Origin: Centroscyllium fabricii
Lineage: Eukaryota
Direction: 5' to 3'
DNA length: 64,000 nucleotides
NCBI GenBank assembly: GCA_051313645.2
Contig: JBNRSN020000017.1
Coordinates: forward strand, 19,902,001-19,966,000
The notes under the pieces are model-generated. The model had not been told where the DNA came from. It did not search any database and saw only the letters and a list, made by a program, of their open reading frames with translations. Below, in pieces: positions 49,038 through 61,785 of the stretch; position 1 is the first letter of the stretch, and every line of letters starts with the position of its first letter. A program made the translations under genes and the position numbers.

Positions 49038-52000
49038 CTCAAAGGTAGTAATCTCAGGATGGCTACCAGTGCCACGTGCTAGTCAGAGTAGAAATAGAAG
49101 GTTATTTCAGATGAATAAGTGGCTAGAGGAATGGTGCAAGGTGGAGCGATTCAAATTCCTGGGACATTGGAACCGGTTCTGGGGGAGGTGGGACCAGTAC
49201 AAACAGACAGTTTGCACCTGGGCCGGACTGGGACCGATGTCCTAGGGGAGTGTTTGCTAGTGCTGTGGGGGAGGGTTTAAACTAAAATGGCAGGGGGTTG
49301 GGAACCTGTGCATGGAGACAGGAAAGGGAAACAAGGATAGAAGCAACAGACAGGAAGGAGAAAAGCAAAAGTGGCAGTCAGAGAAATCAAGGGTTTAAAT
49401 CAAATGTGGCCACAGTAAAACATAATTCTAAAAGGTCTAAGAGTGTTAAAAAAAAGCCTGAAAGCGTTTTGTTTTAATGCGAGGAGCATTCGTAATAAGG
49501 TGGATGAATTAACTGCACAAATAGATGTAAATGGATATGATGTGATTGGGATTACGGAAACATGGCTCCAGGGTGACCATGGCTGGGAACTCGACATCCA
49601 GGGGTATTCAATATTCAGGAAAGACAGGCAAAAAGAAAAAGGAGGTGGGGTAGCATTGCTGGTTAAAGAGATTAACACAATAGTAAGGAAGGATGTTAGC
49701 TCTGATGACGTGGAATTTGTATGGGTAGAGCTGAGAAATACGAAGGGGCAGAAAACGTTAGTGGGAGTTGTGTACAGACCCCAAACAGTAATGCTGAGGT
49801 TGGGGATGGCATTAAACAGGAAATTAGAGACGCCTGCAATAAGCGCACAGCAATTATCATGGGTGACTTTAATCTACATATAGATTGGGCTAACCAAATT
49901 AGTAACAATACTGTGATGGAGGAATTCCTAGAGTGTATACGGGGTGGTTTCTGGACCAATATGTTGAGGAACCAACTAGAGATCAGGCCATTTTAGACTG
50001 GGTATTATGCAATGAGAAAGGATTAATTAGCAATCTTGTTGTGCGAGGCCCCTTAGGGCAGAGCGATCATAATATGATCGAATTCTTCATTCAGATGGAG
50101 AGTGAAGTATTTGACTCAGAGACCAGGGTCCTGAATTTAAATAAAGGAAACTACAATGGTATGAAGTGCGACTTGGGTAGGATTGATTGGGGAATGTCAC
50201 TCAAAGGGTTGACGGTGGATAGGCAATGGCAAACATTTAAAGATCACATGGATGAACTACAGAATTTGTTCATCCCTGTTTGGCATAAAAATAAAACAAA
50301 AAAGGTGAATCAACTGTGGCTAACAAGGGAAATTAGGGATAGCATAAGATCCAAGGAGAGGATATATAAATTGGCCAGAAAAAGCAGCAAACCTGAGGAT
50401 TAGGAGCAGTTTAGGATTCAGCAAAGGAGGACAAAGGGATTAATTAAGAGGGGGAAAATAGAGTATGAGAGTAAGCTTTCAGGGAACATAAAAACTGACT
50501 GTAAAAGCTTCTATAGATATGTAAAGAGAAAAAAATTGGTGAAGTAAAGCATAGGTCCCTTGCAGTCAGAATCAGGGGAATTTATAATGGGGAACAAAGA
50601 AATGGCAGACCAATTAAATACATACTTTGGTTCTGTCTTCACAAAGGAGGACACAAATAACTTCCCAGAGATGTCGGGGAACATAGGGTCTAATGAGAGG
50701 GAGGAAATGAAAGAAATCAGTATTTGTAGGGAAATGGTGTTATGGAAATTGACGGGATTGAAGGCCGATAAATCGCCAGGGCTGATAATCTACATCCTAG
50801 GGTACTTAAGGAAGTGGCCCGAGAAATAGTAGATGCATGGTTGGTCAGCTTCCAAAATTCTATAGACTCTGGAACAGTTCCCATGGATTGGAGGGTAGCT
50901 AATGTTACCCCACCATTCAAAAAGGGTGGTAGAGAGAAAACGGGGAATTATAGACCGGTAAGCCTAACATCGGTAGTGGGGAAAATGCTAGAGTCCATTA
51001 TAAAAGATATAATAGCAAAGCACTTGGAAAACAGTGACAGGATCAGACAAAGTCAACATGGATTTACAAAATGTAAATCGTGCTTGACTAATCTACTGGA
51101 ATTTTTTGAGATGTAACTGGTAAAATAGATAAGGGAGAACCAGTGGATGTGGTGTATTTGGACTATCAGAAGGCTTTCGATAAGGTCCTGCATAAGAGAT
51201 TAACGTGTAAAGTTAAGGCACATGGGATTGGGGGCAAGGTACTGGACTTGGATAGAGAACTGGTTGGCAGACAGGAAGCAAAGAGTTGGAATAACTCTGT
51301 TCCTGGGACTAGGGACAGGGTCACTGGCTAAGCTTTGGAAGCTAAGCAGAGCCAGGCCTGGTTAGTACTTGGATGGGTGACCACCAGGGAATACCAGGTG
51401 CAGAAGGTCACGAAAGGAGCCCCGGGGAGGGGCGGTTGGCTGAAGATTGTCGGAATGATGGAAAGATGGAATGGCGGCGTGCACAGACGCAGCTGCTTTG
51501 CTGGACTCTTGGAGGCTTGGAAGATCACATTTCGTTGTTCATGTACTTGTACATTGTATAATGACAATAAAGTTGAATTATTATTATTATTATTATTAAA
51601 CGGGTCTTTTTCCGAGTGGCAGGCAGTGACTAGTGGGGTACTGCAGGGATTGGTCCTTGGACCCCAGCTATTCAAAATATATATTAATGATCTAGACGAG
51701 GGAACTAGATGTAATATCTCCATGTTTGCAGATGACACAAAGCTGGGTGGGCGTGTGTGTTGTGAGGAGGATGCCGAGAAACTCCAGTATGATTTGGACA
51801 GGTTGGGTGATTGGGCAGAAGCATGGCAGATGCAATATAATGTGGATAAATGCGAGGTTATCCACTTTGGTGGCAAAAACAGGAAGGCAGATTATTATCT
51901 GAACGGCAATAGATTGGGAGAAGGGGAAGTGCAGCAACGCGATCTGGGTGTCCTTGTGCACCAGTCGCTGAAGGTAAGCATGCAGGTGCAGCAGGCGGTG

Positions 52001-52660
52001 AAGAAGGCAAATGGTATGTTGGCCTTCATAGCGAGAGAGCTCGAGTACAAGAACAAGGATGTCCTGCTGCAGTTGTACAGGGCCTTTCTGAGACCACATG
52101 TTGAGTATTGTGTGCAGTTTTGGTCACCTTATCTGAGGAAGGATGTTCTTGCCATGGAGGGAGTGCAGCGAAGATTCACCAGGCTGATACCTGGGATAGC
52201 AGGAATGATGTATGAGGAGAAATTGGATCGATTGGGCTTATACTCGCTGGAGTTTAGAAGAATGAGAGGGGATCTCATTGAAACTTATAAAATTCTAACA
52301 GGACTAGACAGACGAGATGCAGGAAGGATGTTCCCGATGGTCAGGAAGTCCAAGACCAGGGCTCACAGGCTAACGATAAGCGGTAAGCCATTTAGAACAG
52401 AGATGAGGAGGAATTTCTTCACCCAGAGAGTGGTGAACCTGTGGAATTCTTTACCACAGAAGGTAGTTGAGGCCAATTCATTAAATATATTCAAGAAGGA
52501 GTTAGATATATTTCTTAAGGCTAAAGGGATCGAGGGATATGGAGAGAAAGCAGGGACAGGGTACTGAATTTGGATGATCAGCTATGATCTCATTGAATGG
52601 CGGAGCAGGCTCGAGGGGCCGAATGGCCTACTCCTGCTCCTATCTGCTATGCTTCTATGT
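49038..52660 (+). mobile_element. Long degenerate CR1/HER1 LINE (ORF1 esterase end, APE endonuclease, RT, 3' tail)
   Basis: NARSIRNK, GITETWL, MGDFN, SDHN and FADDTKL motifs; several stops and frameshifts; interrupted by a 5S-SINE. Confidence 0.95.
51295..51598 (+). mobile_element. 5S-derived composite SINE, copy B (most complete)
   Basis: Inserted between CR1 ggaataa and acggg; 5S segment 51337-51407; (att)n tail. Confidence 0.9.
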
Positions 52661-53308
52661 TTGGAGCCGGGTTTTACATTTTTACAACTTTCACTTCCCT
52701 CCATGCCTCCAACCCACCCGTTCTTGCCTCTGAAAATTCCGGCCTACATCTTACACACATATCGAGTACAATGCCTGGCTACACTTTCCATGCAACTTTC
52801 TTCCTTTATTTCGCAACGTTACTTGACAGACAAACTCCCAACTAATGAATACAATCTCAGCTTGAGCACCCCGGTAGTGTAGTGCAGTAATTAAGACAAT
52901 CGCTTAAATCCACTGTGGTTGCAAGATTAAAATCCCAGCAGTGGCTGCTTCCGTTCAAAATCCTCCACCACACGGTGCACCTAGTTTCATCGGTTCTTAT
53001 TGGACTGCTAGACGGAACACATTGCAGAAGCAAAGTGCTGTAGTTTGGGGAGAAAACGGACACTTCTGTCTCGCCCCACAGCTATTGGCTGAGTAGACAA
53101 CAACATTCGGATCAGAAGCTGTGGAGGAGTCAGCGACCGGGTCACCCACCCAGCTGGAGGAGAATGCGTGGAGATGAGCAAACATATTTACATAAGCAAA
53201 AATAAAAAAAAGGACAAAACATATGTAGACATCAATAATATAAATGAATATTACAAATAAAATCAGGTTATAAAGCATGATTAATACCAAAGTGGACAAA
53301 TGACTTAC

Positions 53309-53384
53309 TGGAAAGTGTCTTTTCATAAGACTTTCCCATTGCAATGAAGTTTCTCAGGCTGGGGTTGAACTGGTCCATAATGGT
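53309..53384 (-). CDS. BAIAP2: BAIAP2 coding exon 2 (TIMDQFNPSLRNFIAMGKSYEKTLS-), IMD/I-BAR domain
   Basis: ttttatag|ACC ATT ATG GAC CAG TTC AAC CCC AGC CTG ... TCC A|gtaagt; 76 nt. Near-identical to human TIMEQFNPSLRNFIAMGKNYEKALA. Confidence 0.96.
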
Positions 53385-53843
53385 CTATAAAAATAAAATG
53401 GCAGAATGTGTTGCAGAATCAGTGCACTGCATACAATATATTTTTTCAAATCTCTAAAAATGTTTTCAGACAATACAAATTACAATACATATTTCCAGTT
53501 TGAACATACTTGAAACATAAAACAGTGCACATTATGTACAAAATAAAATCACTTTTGAAGTTAATTTTTGCAAACATTTTCAGAAAACATACACTTGGTC
53601 CAATTAACAATGGCAAATGTGTGAAGAACTACACAAGCTATCGTGTGTCATGCGATTTATCTCATTAAAAAAAAGGACATACTTACACACAAAGTCGCAT
53701 TTAATGTCATAAAACAAGTCAATATAACTTTACAGCACATATAGAAAGAACTATTACTGGAGCATGAGCGGTGCTTCCGCAACGTTCCAGCCATTCTCCA
53801 GTGTACAAGCAACTGAAGTAAGGCAGTGAACTTTCTATAATTG

Positions 53844-54026
53844 ATAATGCTGGAGATACTCAGCCGGCCAGGCAGCATCCGTGGAGAGAGAAACTGAGCT
53901 GACGTTTTGGGTTCTGGGCCCTTCATCGGAACTTTTTTCTCTCTCCACGGATGCTGCCTGGCCTGCTGAGTATTTCCAGCGTTTTCTGTTGTTATTTCAG
54001 ATTTCCAGCATCCGCAGTATTTTGCG
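53844..54026. mobile_element. Penelope family B inverted fragment
   Basis: Inverted ggcagcatccgtggagagag / ctctctccacggatgctgcc arms. Confidence 0.65.
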
Positions 54027-54342
54027 ATTATATTTCAATAATTGATACCTGGTAGAAACTGTTTTAAGTACAATCACAGAAGTGTAATCATACCAATAAT
54101 AGGTTCTGTTTGTAAAACTCAATCTGCAACAGTTCCATAGACGCCGTGGTTGATCATTGGGACCTTTAGAGTGATGGTATTCACACAACAGGGTAGCTGG
54201 AGCCGCAGTGGAACAGTGGCGATATGGGACGACCAATTTCACTGAGCTTGTCGGAGGTCACTGCAGTCTGCATCAATTAAGACCAGTTGGGGTCTTTTTC
54301 TTGTTAGCTTAGAAGTATTTTCATAGCTATTAGTTATACCGT

Positions 54343-54751
54343 GGGCGGCATGGTGGCATAGTGGTTAGCACTGTTGCCTCACAGAGCATGGGGCCCGGGT
54401 TCAAATCCAGCCTCGGGTACTATCTGTGTGGAGTTTGCATATTCTCCCTGTGTCTGCGTGGGTTTCCTCCGGGTGCTCCGGTTTCCTCCCACAGTCCAAA
54501 GATGTGCGGGTTAGGTTGATTGGCCAGGATAAATTGACCCTTAGTGTTAGGGGGATTGAATATGTGGGGTTACGGGGATAGGATGGGATATGTATCGGTG
54601 CAGGCTCGATAGGGATCGAGGGATATGGGGACAAGGCAGGGACAGGGTACTGGGTTTGGATGATCAGCCATGATCCCATTGAATGGCGGAGCAGGCTCGA
54701 GGGGCCAAATGGCCGACTCCTGCTCCTATCTTCTATGTTTCTATGTTTCTA
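54343..54751 (+). mobile_element. HE1-like V-SINE
   Basis: Full-length family match. Confidence 0.92.
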
Positions 54752-55747
54752 CCCATTACCGTCAGTCAGAGCTCATATGCCAAGTTAGATGTAGTAGTTC
54801 AGTAATTTGCCAAATTGATACAGAGTACAGGTACTAGTTATTCCCAACTATTATTAAACGGAATTCATCAAGTATGTGCTAACAAACATTTAGAATAATG
54901 ACTGTGGCAGCTTTGGGAAGACAAATGGCATTGGGCAACTTTCAGACATTGGAACCACACATTTGATACAAAAACAGGCCTCTTATTTAAAAGAAGCTGA
55001 TGTTGTGTTGGCCGACAAAGTGCTGATGATCAGAAGTTGATAATGCCACACTATTTGTCTGAATTTTCTGTGGCTTTTATATTGAGCTCTACCCACAGTT
55101 ACAATGGACTACATAACTTTATAACAAAGAACTTTGAAGTATTTTGAACAACTGTAAAATTCAGAATTATCACATTTGAACCAGATCATTGGTGTCTATT
55201 ATTCTAATTTTTCATGTGCATTACAGTCCAGTATCTATCAGTCATCGAGTTACCCAGATTCTCCCTTTACAATGCATGGCTATGAAAAAGTATGCACATA
55301 AACAAGTTTCAGTGTCAAATATTGGGCAGAAATCTACCCATCTTAGTTTCAGGGTGTGAAAGAGATAGTATTGCTTATCTCAGGCATCTACCTTCTTGGA
55401 AAAAAGACACATTACTCTCTTCCTTGTCCAATTTTCTTCGCTTGCCAGAACTCCTTTCTGCTTCCTGGGGCTACCATGGAGAAGCAGGTGGCCTCCCTCA
55501 GCACCTGCCCACCACATTGGGGCCAAGATTGAAAACTCAGCTGCTAAATAGTAAATCAGACTTTTGGATCACCACTCCGAGGTGGCTCATGTTAATGTTC
55601 TAACATGCTGCATCACAGCTCCAGGCAGATTCTGCGTAATAATTATAATTTGCATTCGATAGGCAATAACTTCATGCAAATGAATGCTAATTAATCTGGC
55701 TGACTATTAAAGCATCATTCACACTACAAGGTCAGTTACTTAAGATG

Positions 55748-55943
55748 CAAAAAGTCACACAACACCAGATTTATAGTCCAACGGTTTTATTTTAAATCAC
55801 AAGCTTTCGGAGCTTTTGCCCGACGAAGGGGCAAAAGCTCCGAAAGCTTGTGATTTAAAATAAAACCGTTGGACTATAAATCTGGTGTTGTGTGACTTTT
55901 TGCATTTGTCCACCCCAGTCCAACACCGGCACCTCCACATTAT
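55748..55943. mobile_element. Fold-back Penelope pseudo-LTR pair
   Basis: ~77-bp perfect inverted arms around gacgaa; 14-bp TSD agttacttaagatg. Confidence 0.88.
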
Positions 55944-56100
55944 AGTTACTTAAGATGGTACTGGAGCTCAGAGGGAAGGGAAATTGTGTTTGCAATTCCC
56001 CACATAATGAACACCAGGCCTCCATCAAACTGTGTGCGTATGTGAAATGATTCCCTGGATGGAAGGAAAGGGAGGCTGAGACTGTACAGATGTGCTTTAC

Positions 56101-56531
56101 CTGGGCCTGTACTCGTTGGAGTTTAGAAGATTGAGAGGCGATCTCATTGAGACGTATAAAATTCTTAAAGGTCTGGACAGGTTAGATTCAGAGAGAATGT
56201 TTCCAATGGCGGGTGTGTCCAGAACCAGGGGCCACAGTCTAAGGATAAGGGGTAAACCATTTAGGACAGACACGAGGAAGAATTTCTTCACTCAGAGAGT
56301 GGTGGGCCTGTGGAATTCCCTGCCACAGAGGGCGGTGGAGGCCAGTTCATTAAACATATTCAAGAGGGAATTGGATATATTTCTTCAAGCTAAAGGGATT
56401 AAAGGTTATGGAGAAAAGGCGGGGACGGGGTACTAGCTTGCTAAAGATCAGCCATGATCTCATCGAATGGCGGAGCAGGCTCGAAGGGCTGAATGGCCTA
56501 CTCCTGCTCCTATCTTCTATGATTCTATGAT
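56101..56531 (+). mobile_element. Young CR1 3' fragment
   Basis: Open ORF2 end; near-identical to the 31096 and 47173 copies. Confidence 0.93.
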
Positions 56532-57155
56532 ACCTTGAATTGCTGGCTATAGTGCACGTCGAAGGAGGTCACCTGCCTGTCCTCTCGGGCAGGGTATGAC
56601 CTGGTGGTGCTGCTTCCGACTATTTGGTTGTGATCAAGGTTGTCTGATGGGTTAACAGAAACCTTGCATTCCAACCTTAACATAATCAACTGATGGGAGG
56701 GTAATGCCAGCCAACAGTCAGCACACAGTAACTACAACAAACAATGCAATGTTTCTGAAGTCACCCAGTATGAATCACCCACAAGTTGACTGCATTCCAC
56801 GATGAATCCTTGCCAATTATTTTACAGTGAGCTTAAGACTCCTTGTTCACACTTGAAGGAAAGTGTTGATTTAATGACTCACTACACTGTGAAGAAAAAA
56901 ATATTCAGTGTTCAATGTGTGTGCACATCAATTTATCAGCACCTAAAGGCCACAGCCATCACTCTCCTCCCTGCTGATCAGTAAATTGAATTAAACTCAA
57001 GAAACAATCGCGTCAGGGTCAGACATGAAAATTAGAAATTGCACAAAGATGGTGCTTACAGTAGTGGAGAGGCAATGGAAAGACAAACCCAAAACGGTGT
57101 ACTATAATCCCTTACGAGCTGTTCAGAATAACCCTGAATGTATATCCATCAATTA

Positions 57156-57316
57156 AACATAGAAACATAGAAGATAGGAGCAGGAGTAGGCCATTCGGCC
57201 CCTCGAGCCTGCTCCGCCATTCAATGAGATCATGGCTGATCATCCAAACCCAGCACCCTGTCCCTGCCTTGTCCCCATATCCCTATCGAGTCTGCACTGA
57301 CAAATATCCCACCCTA
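57156..57316 (-). mobile_element. Truncated HE1-like SINE
   Basis: 3' tail region only. Confidence 0.85.
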
Positions 57317-60099
57317 TAAGTGTGAAATTTGACCCATAACTCAAAGAAAAAATTGGCATGTGATATTAATAACGAAGAATACTTTTTCTGCACTCATTTT
57401 TTAATGTCTGGCCTTCATCCATCTCGAACAGATTACAAACTGAAGTGTGAAGCACTTTAAAGCCTCATGGATCGAAATTTTGGCTCAAAGGCCTTCCACA
57501 GTTTCTTCACCTTGATTTTATTGGGTGACAAAAACTGGGAACTATGGGATGTCTCAGTTTGCCCAGCAGCTTGCTTGAAAGCCAAATTCAATTCAGACGG
57601 TCCTCTATAAAACTACCATTTCTTCTCCCCCAACAGCCACCCCCACCCCGAGGGACTTTGCTTCTCATTTTTGAGGTCTTTGATCCGCCACAGGGGCAGT
57701 TACACTATATTGGCTCCTGGTGATGAATGTTGTTTACTGTTGTTCTGTACATTTAGCAAACATTAGCACAAAACAAGCAATACCAGCATTCTTAATGTGC
57801 TGTACATGTTACATGTAGGAATAACACTTGCAGTCAGGAGTATGACGGGAATGGTATTTCCTAAAATCACAAAATTGACCAGTTGTCCTCCATTACAATG
57901 CATTTGTTCAAATTCCCCCATACAAAAAAACTGTATCTTTAAAAATTTACTTAGAAATGTTATTGACCCAACATAAATTACGATATTAGCCATTAAAGCT
58001 GGTTTGTTATTGGTTTTCTAGAGTCCAATTTACTGGTTTCACTTTAGGATTTGATTTTCTTCTAAAAAGGTGTTAGTTTTCAAATGAAAAGTAGCACAGA
58101 AAAAAAACACCTTGGAGGAAGGAAGTATTGATTTGTGGCAAAAATGGTAAAGACAAATGGCAAAGTAAGCAAGAACCAGAACTGCCAGAAAAGGGGGAAA
58201 CCAACAGACTTGAGTATTGTTAGGATTTTAGGATTTTAAAAATCCAGAAAACTTTTTAAAATACCCTCTGCTACTGCTCAAGACATTCTTCTGTTTCATA
58301 ACATGACCAAAAGCAAACTAACCTAATTGACTCTAGGTTTGATTCTGCAGCTGCTTAGGGACCAAACTGCTTAAAAAATAACTCGCTGATGTACAACGTC
58401 TGATCTTAGAATGGAAATGAGTTGATTAACATTGACCCCACCCCCACCCAGTGCTGCTCGTTTTACTGACTAAGATGCACCCTAACCACAACAAAGTGGA
58501 CAATTAATGCATCAATATTCTCCATTGTATTTGGTCCTAGCCTTTCCCTGTACTGCCACAAGCAGGGCCATGGAAGATGAGACAAGTATAAGGCAGCCAT
58601 TCCTTATTAAATATGGCAAGCATGTACTGCATGTGTGTTCATGGAGGAGAGATATTGCAGCGCCCATCAACCAACCAGGTGCCACAAAACTGCTATCCCT
58701 ATGCCAACTCCTGATTTGCACAGTGCCACCTGTGGTATGTCAGGACACCCATCTAAAGTGGTATGGCTAAAAAAAACAATGAAACACATCAGATATTCTG
58801 GGAAGGAGAATAAATCATTTGCCTTCAGCGAATCTCAAACCTACTGCATTTCAATAGTAGTACGAGGCAAATACTTCATCCCTGCTGCTCCCTTTAAATT
58901 GTGTCTTCAAGAAGAGATAAGCTGCATTTGAAATGTTATGCCCTTGAGATTATAACATGCTCCGTGAAATAGGACCTGAATACCATCACCAGTTTTCTGT
59001 TGCTGACAGTCATGATTACTCATCTATCATTTCAGTGCTGCTGTGGCATCTTTCTGCTGCCCGCCCACTGCACAACAGCAAGAAAGGCAGGCACCAACTG
59101 GCTTCTTCCGGAGAACCGGCACCTACAGGGAATTCAAGCCTGAATCTACGACAGCACAAATTTGACTGTACAACCCCCCCAATGCTTTTCTTTCATGCAT
59201 TTTGTTATGGAAATTGTGACAGCTTTGAATTCCTTGTAACAAGTTAAGCCAGCAGCAAGCTGATAATGTGACGATCCAAGTTTCGGTTGTACAGCTGACA
59301 TTTATGATGGCTGCATCCTTTTATAACGACAGGTTAATCAGAAAGCTCAAAGCCGGTTCTGCAGTCGGGGAAATGCATTCTACAAAGTGTGAAATAAGAT
59401 CCCAGGTTGGAGGGTGCAGAAACCACCCACTGCAGATCTGACGGGATAAAGTCTCGAAACCAGATCACCACCGATTCTAATTGCAGTAAACATCTTTCAT
59501 CCAATGTTGATGCTGCAGAGTTCACACACCACATAACGTGGAACAGAGCCAAAGTATGTGATAGGGTGGGGAGGGGGAGTATGGGCAGCATCAATGTAAA
59601 ACATTTTTGGGCAATCTTGAAAGAGTCCCTTAAGGCAACCCCTGGAGATCATATCTTCACGACAAAATGATTGCCTGCTGATAATTAAATTAACTCAAAG
59701 ATCAAGCTTGTAGGTATACAGTATTGGGTATATTGATTTTACTCAACAATAAATTCTTTAGCAGTTGATAAAAAATTAAATGGCCTACAACTGTACAAAA
59801 TACAAGTTAGCCACCAAAGTCATAAGCTGAGGAGCAAAGATCCCAAACTAGTTGGAAAATGTTAGTAGCTATTTAGATGGACTGATTGCTATAAGTCTCC
59901 AAGATAATCTAACATATTTTAAAAAACATTTCACACTGTAAAACTGACGTTTATTATTTTTAAATCACACAGGATAAACATAATATTATGCACACACACA
60001 CATTGACCTGACACGTCATCCTGGATCATAACACAGCTTGTGCAAAATTAGTGAACTCTACTGAATAAGCAGAGGGCAGCAATTCTCTTGCACTAACTG

Positions 60100-60626
60100 C
60101 ACACTGGGTCCGCAGCGCACACTGGGTCCGCAGTGCACACTGGGTCCGCAGCGCACACTGATGCCGCAGCGCACACTGATGCCGCAGCGCACTGATGCCG
60201 CAGCGCACACTGATGCCGCAGCGCACACTGATGCCGCAGCGCACACTGATGCCGCAGCGCACACTGATGCCGCAGCGCACACTGATGCCGCAGCGCACAC
60301 TGATGCCGCAGCGCACACTGATTCCGCAGCGCACACTGATGCCGCAGCGCACACTGATGCCGCAGCGCACACTGATTCCGCAGCGCACACTGATTCCGCA
60401 GCGCACACTGATTCCGCAGCGCACACTGATTTCGCAGCGCACACTGATTTCGCAGCGCACACTGATTTCGCAGCGCACACTGATTGCGCACACTGATTTC
60501 GCAGCGCACACTGATGCCGCAGCGCACACTGATTCCGCAGCGCACACTGATTCCGCAGCGCACACTGATTCCGCAGCGCACACTGATTGCGCACACTGAT
60601 TCCACAGCACACACTGATTCCACAGC
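60100..60626. repeat. 18-bp minisatellite (~29 units) in intron 1
   Basis: Unit gcagcgcacactgatgcc with variants gggtcc, gattcc and gatttc. Confidence 0.97.
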
Positions 60627-61209
60627 GTGGCCTTTGAAGGGACTGCGAATTTTCCAGAGCCTTCCATTGTAAATGAACTTTCTCTGGTACTGAGCTGCTA
60701 CAGATTAATAAAAATGCAAACTTTCATCAGAAAGGAGTGAACTACTTTTCACACACAAAAAAAACACATGCATGGGAACCTTTTATGCAGAGAAAAGCAA
60801 ATTCCTTTGCAATTAAACATCCAAAAGGCATTCGATACCCCATGGTATCACCAACAAAAGGTGAAAAGACCTTATAGATGTGTGCAAGGAACTAGAGGCA
60901 GTATTTCAGGTTAGGGCTCCGATGATTAGCAAACTGCACAAGCTTTGCTTTCGTATCTCATGACATCAGCTGGAGTCCACGCCTCAGACGCACTGCCTTG
61001 TTGGAATCCTCCCCCACCCAGCCAGCAGCTCCCATTCCTACACAGTGAACATTTATACTCCCAAGAATTGTCTAAAAGAGCAATTTTCAACTAAACATTT
61101 GCCAGTTTGGAAGGGGCAAAACAAAAACAAAAAAGTTTAAATACACTTGATCTTGCTCAACAGCACACGTGATTTAAAAAACAAAAATAAGGCAGGTTCC
61201 TTTAGATTT

Positions 61210-61358
61210 ATGATGATGTGGAGTTTGGACTGGGGTGGACAAATGTAAGAAGTCACACAAACACCAGGTTAGAGTCCCAACAGCTTTCCCCAAAGCTTGT
61301 GATTTCAAATAAAGCTGTCGGGACCTATAACCTGGTGTTGTGTGTGTTGACTTCTTAC
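61210..61358. mobile_element. Older inverted Penelope family A fragment
   Basis: gtaagaagtcacacaaacaccaggtt...aacctggtgttgtg...gacttcttac. Confidence 0.7.
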
Positions 61359-61737
61359 CTTTTAAGATTCAGTACAATTAAAGGATGAACACCACCAGTG
61401 CAAAAAGCCAGCAGGGCTGTCTGGAAACTTCTAAAAAAATAAATGTGAAGCAGAGACTAAAAAACTTTTTTTTTAAAAACACAACCTAGAAATCTGCATT
61501 ATTAGTATGTGGAGCATTATTAGTATGTGGAGCATTATTAGTAGGTGGAGGCATAGTTGTGAATCAATCAAAGAAAAGTCTCCAGTAAGTGGACACTGAC
61601 TGGGATTTTCAACAACAACAAAAAAGAGGAAAAAAAGTTAAGAAGTTAATGGTTGGCGTTAGATTCTAATACAATACATATATATATCTATATAATGTTG
61701 GAAGGTAGCCGGTGCCAACACTGGGACACTCACTCAC

Positions 61738-61785
61738 CTTGTAGACGTTCTCGGTCATTCGGTGCACCTCATCCGTGCGAGACAT
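61738..61785 (-). CDS. BAIAP2: BAIAP2/IRSp53 coding exon 1 (MSRTDEVHRMTENVYK)
   Basis: Minus strand reads agaccATG TCT CGC ACG GAT GAG GTG CAC CGA ATG ACC GAG AAC GTC TAC AAG|gtgagt. It matches the IRSp53 N-terminus (human MSLSRSEEMHRLTENVYK), has a phase-0 donor and lies in a CpG island. Confidence 0.95.

Noticed and set aside
51335-52567. 410-aa ORF as a novel fusion gene
   Set aside because: Chance in-frame read-through from an inserted 5S-SINE into a broken CR1 RT; the listed start is TTG, not ATG.
60026-60672. Repetitive protein ORFs or a CRISPR array (also 33547-34017 and 62059-62716)
   Set aside because: Head-to-tail tandem repeats with no unique spacers and no cas genes, in a vertebrate context.
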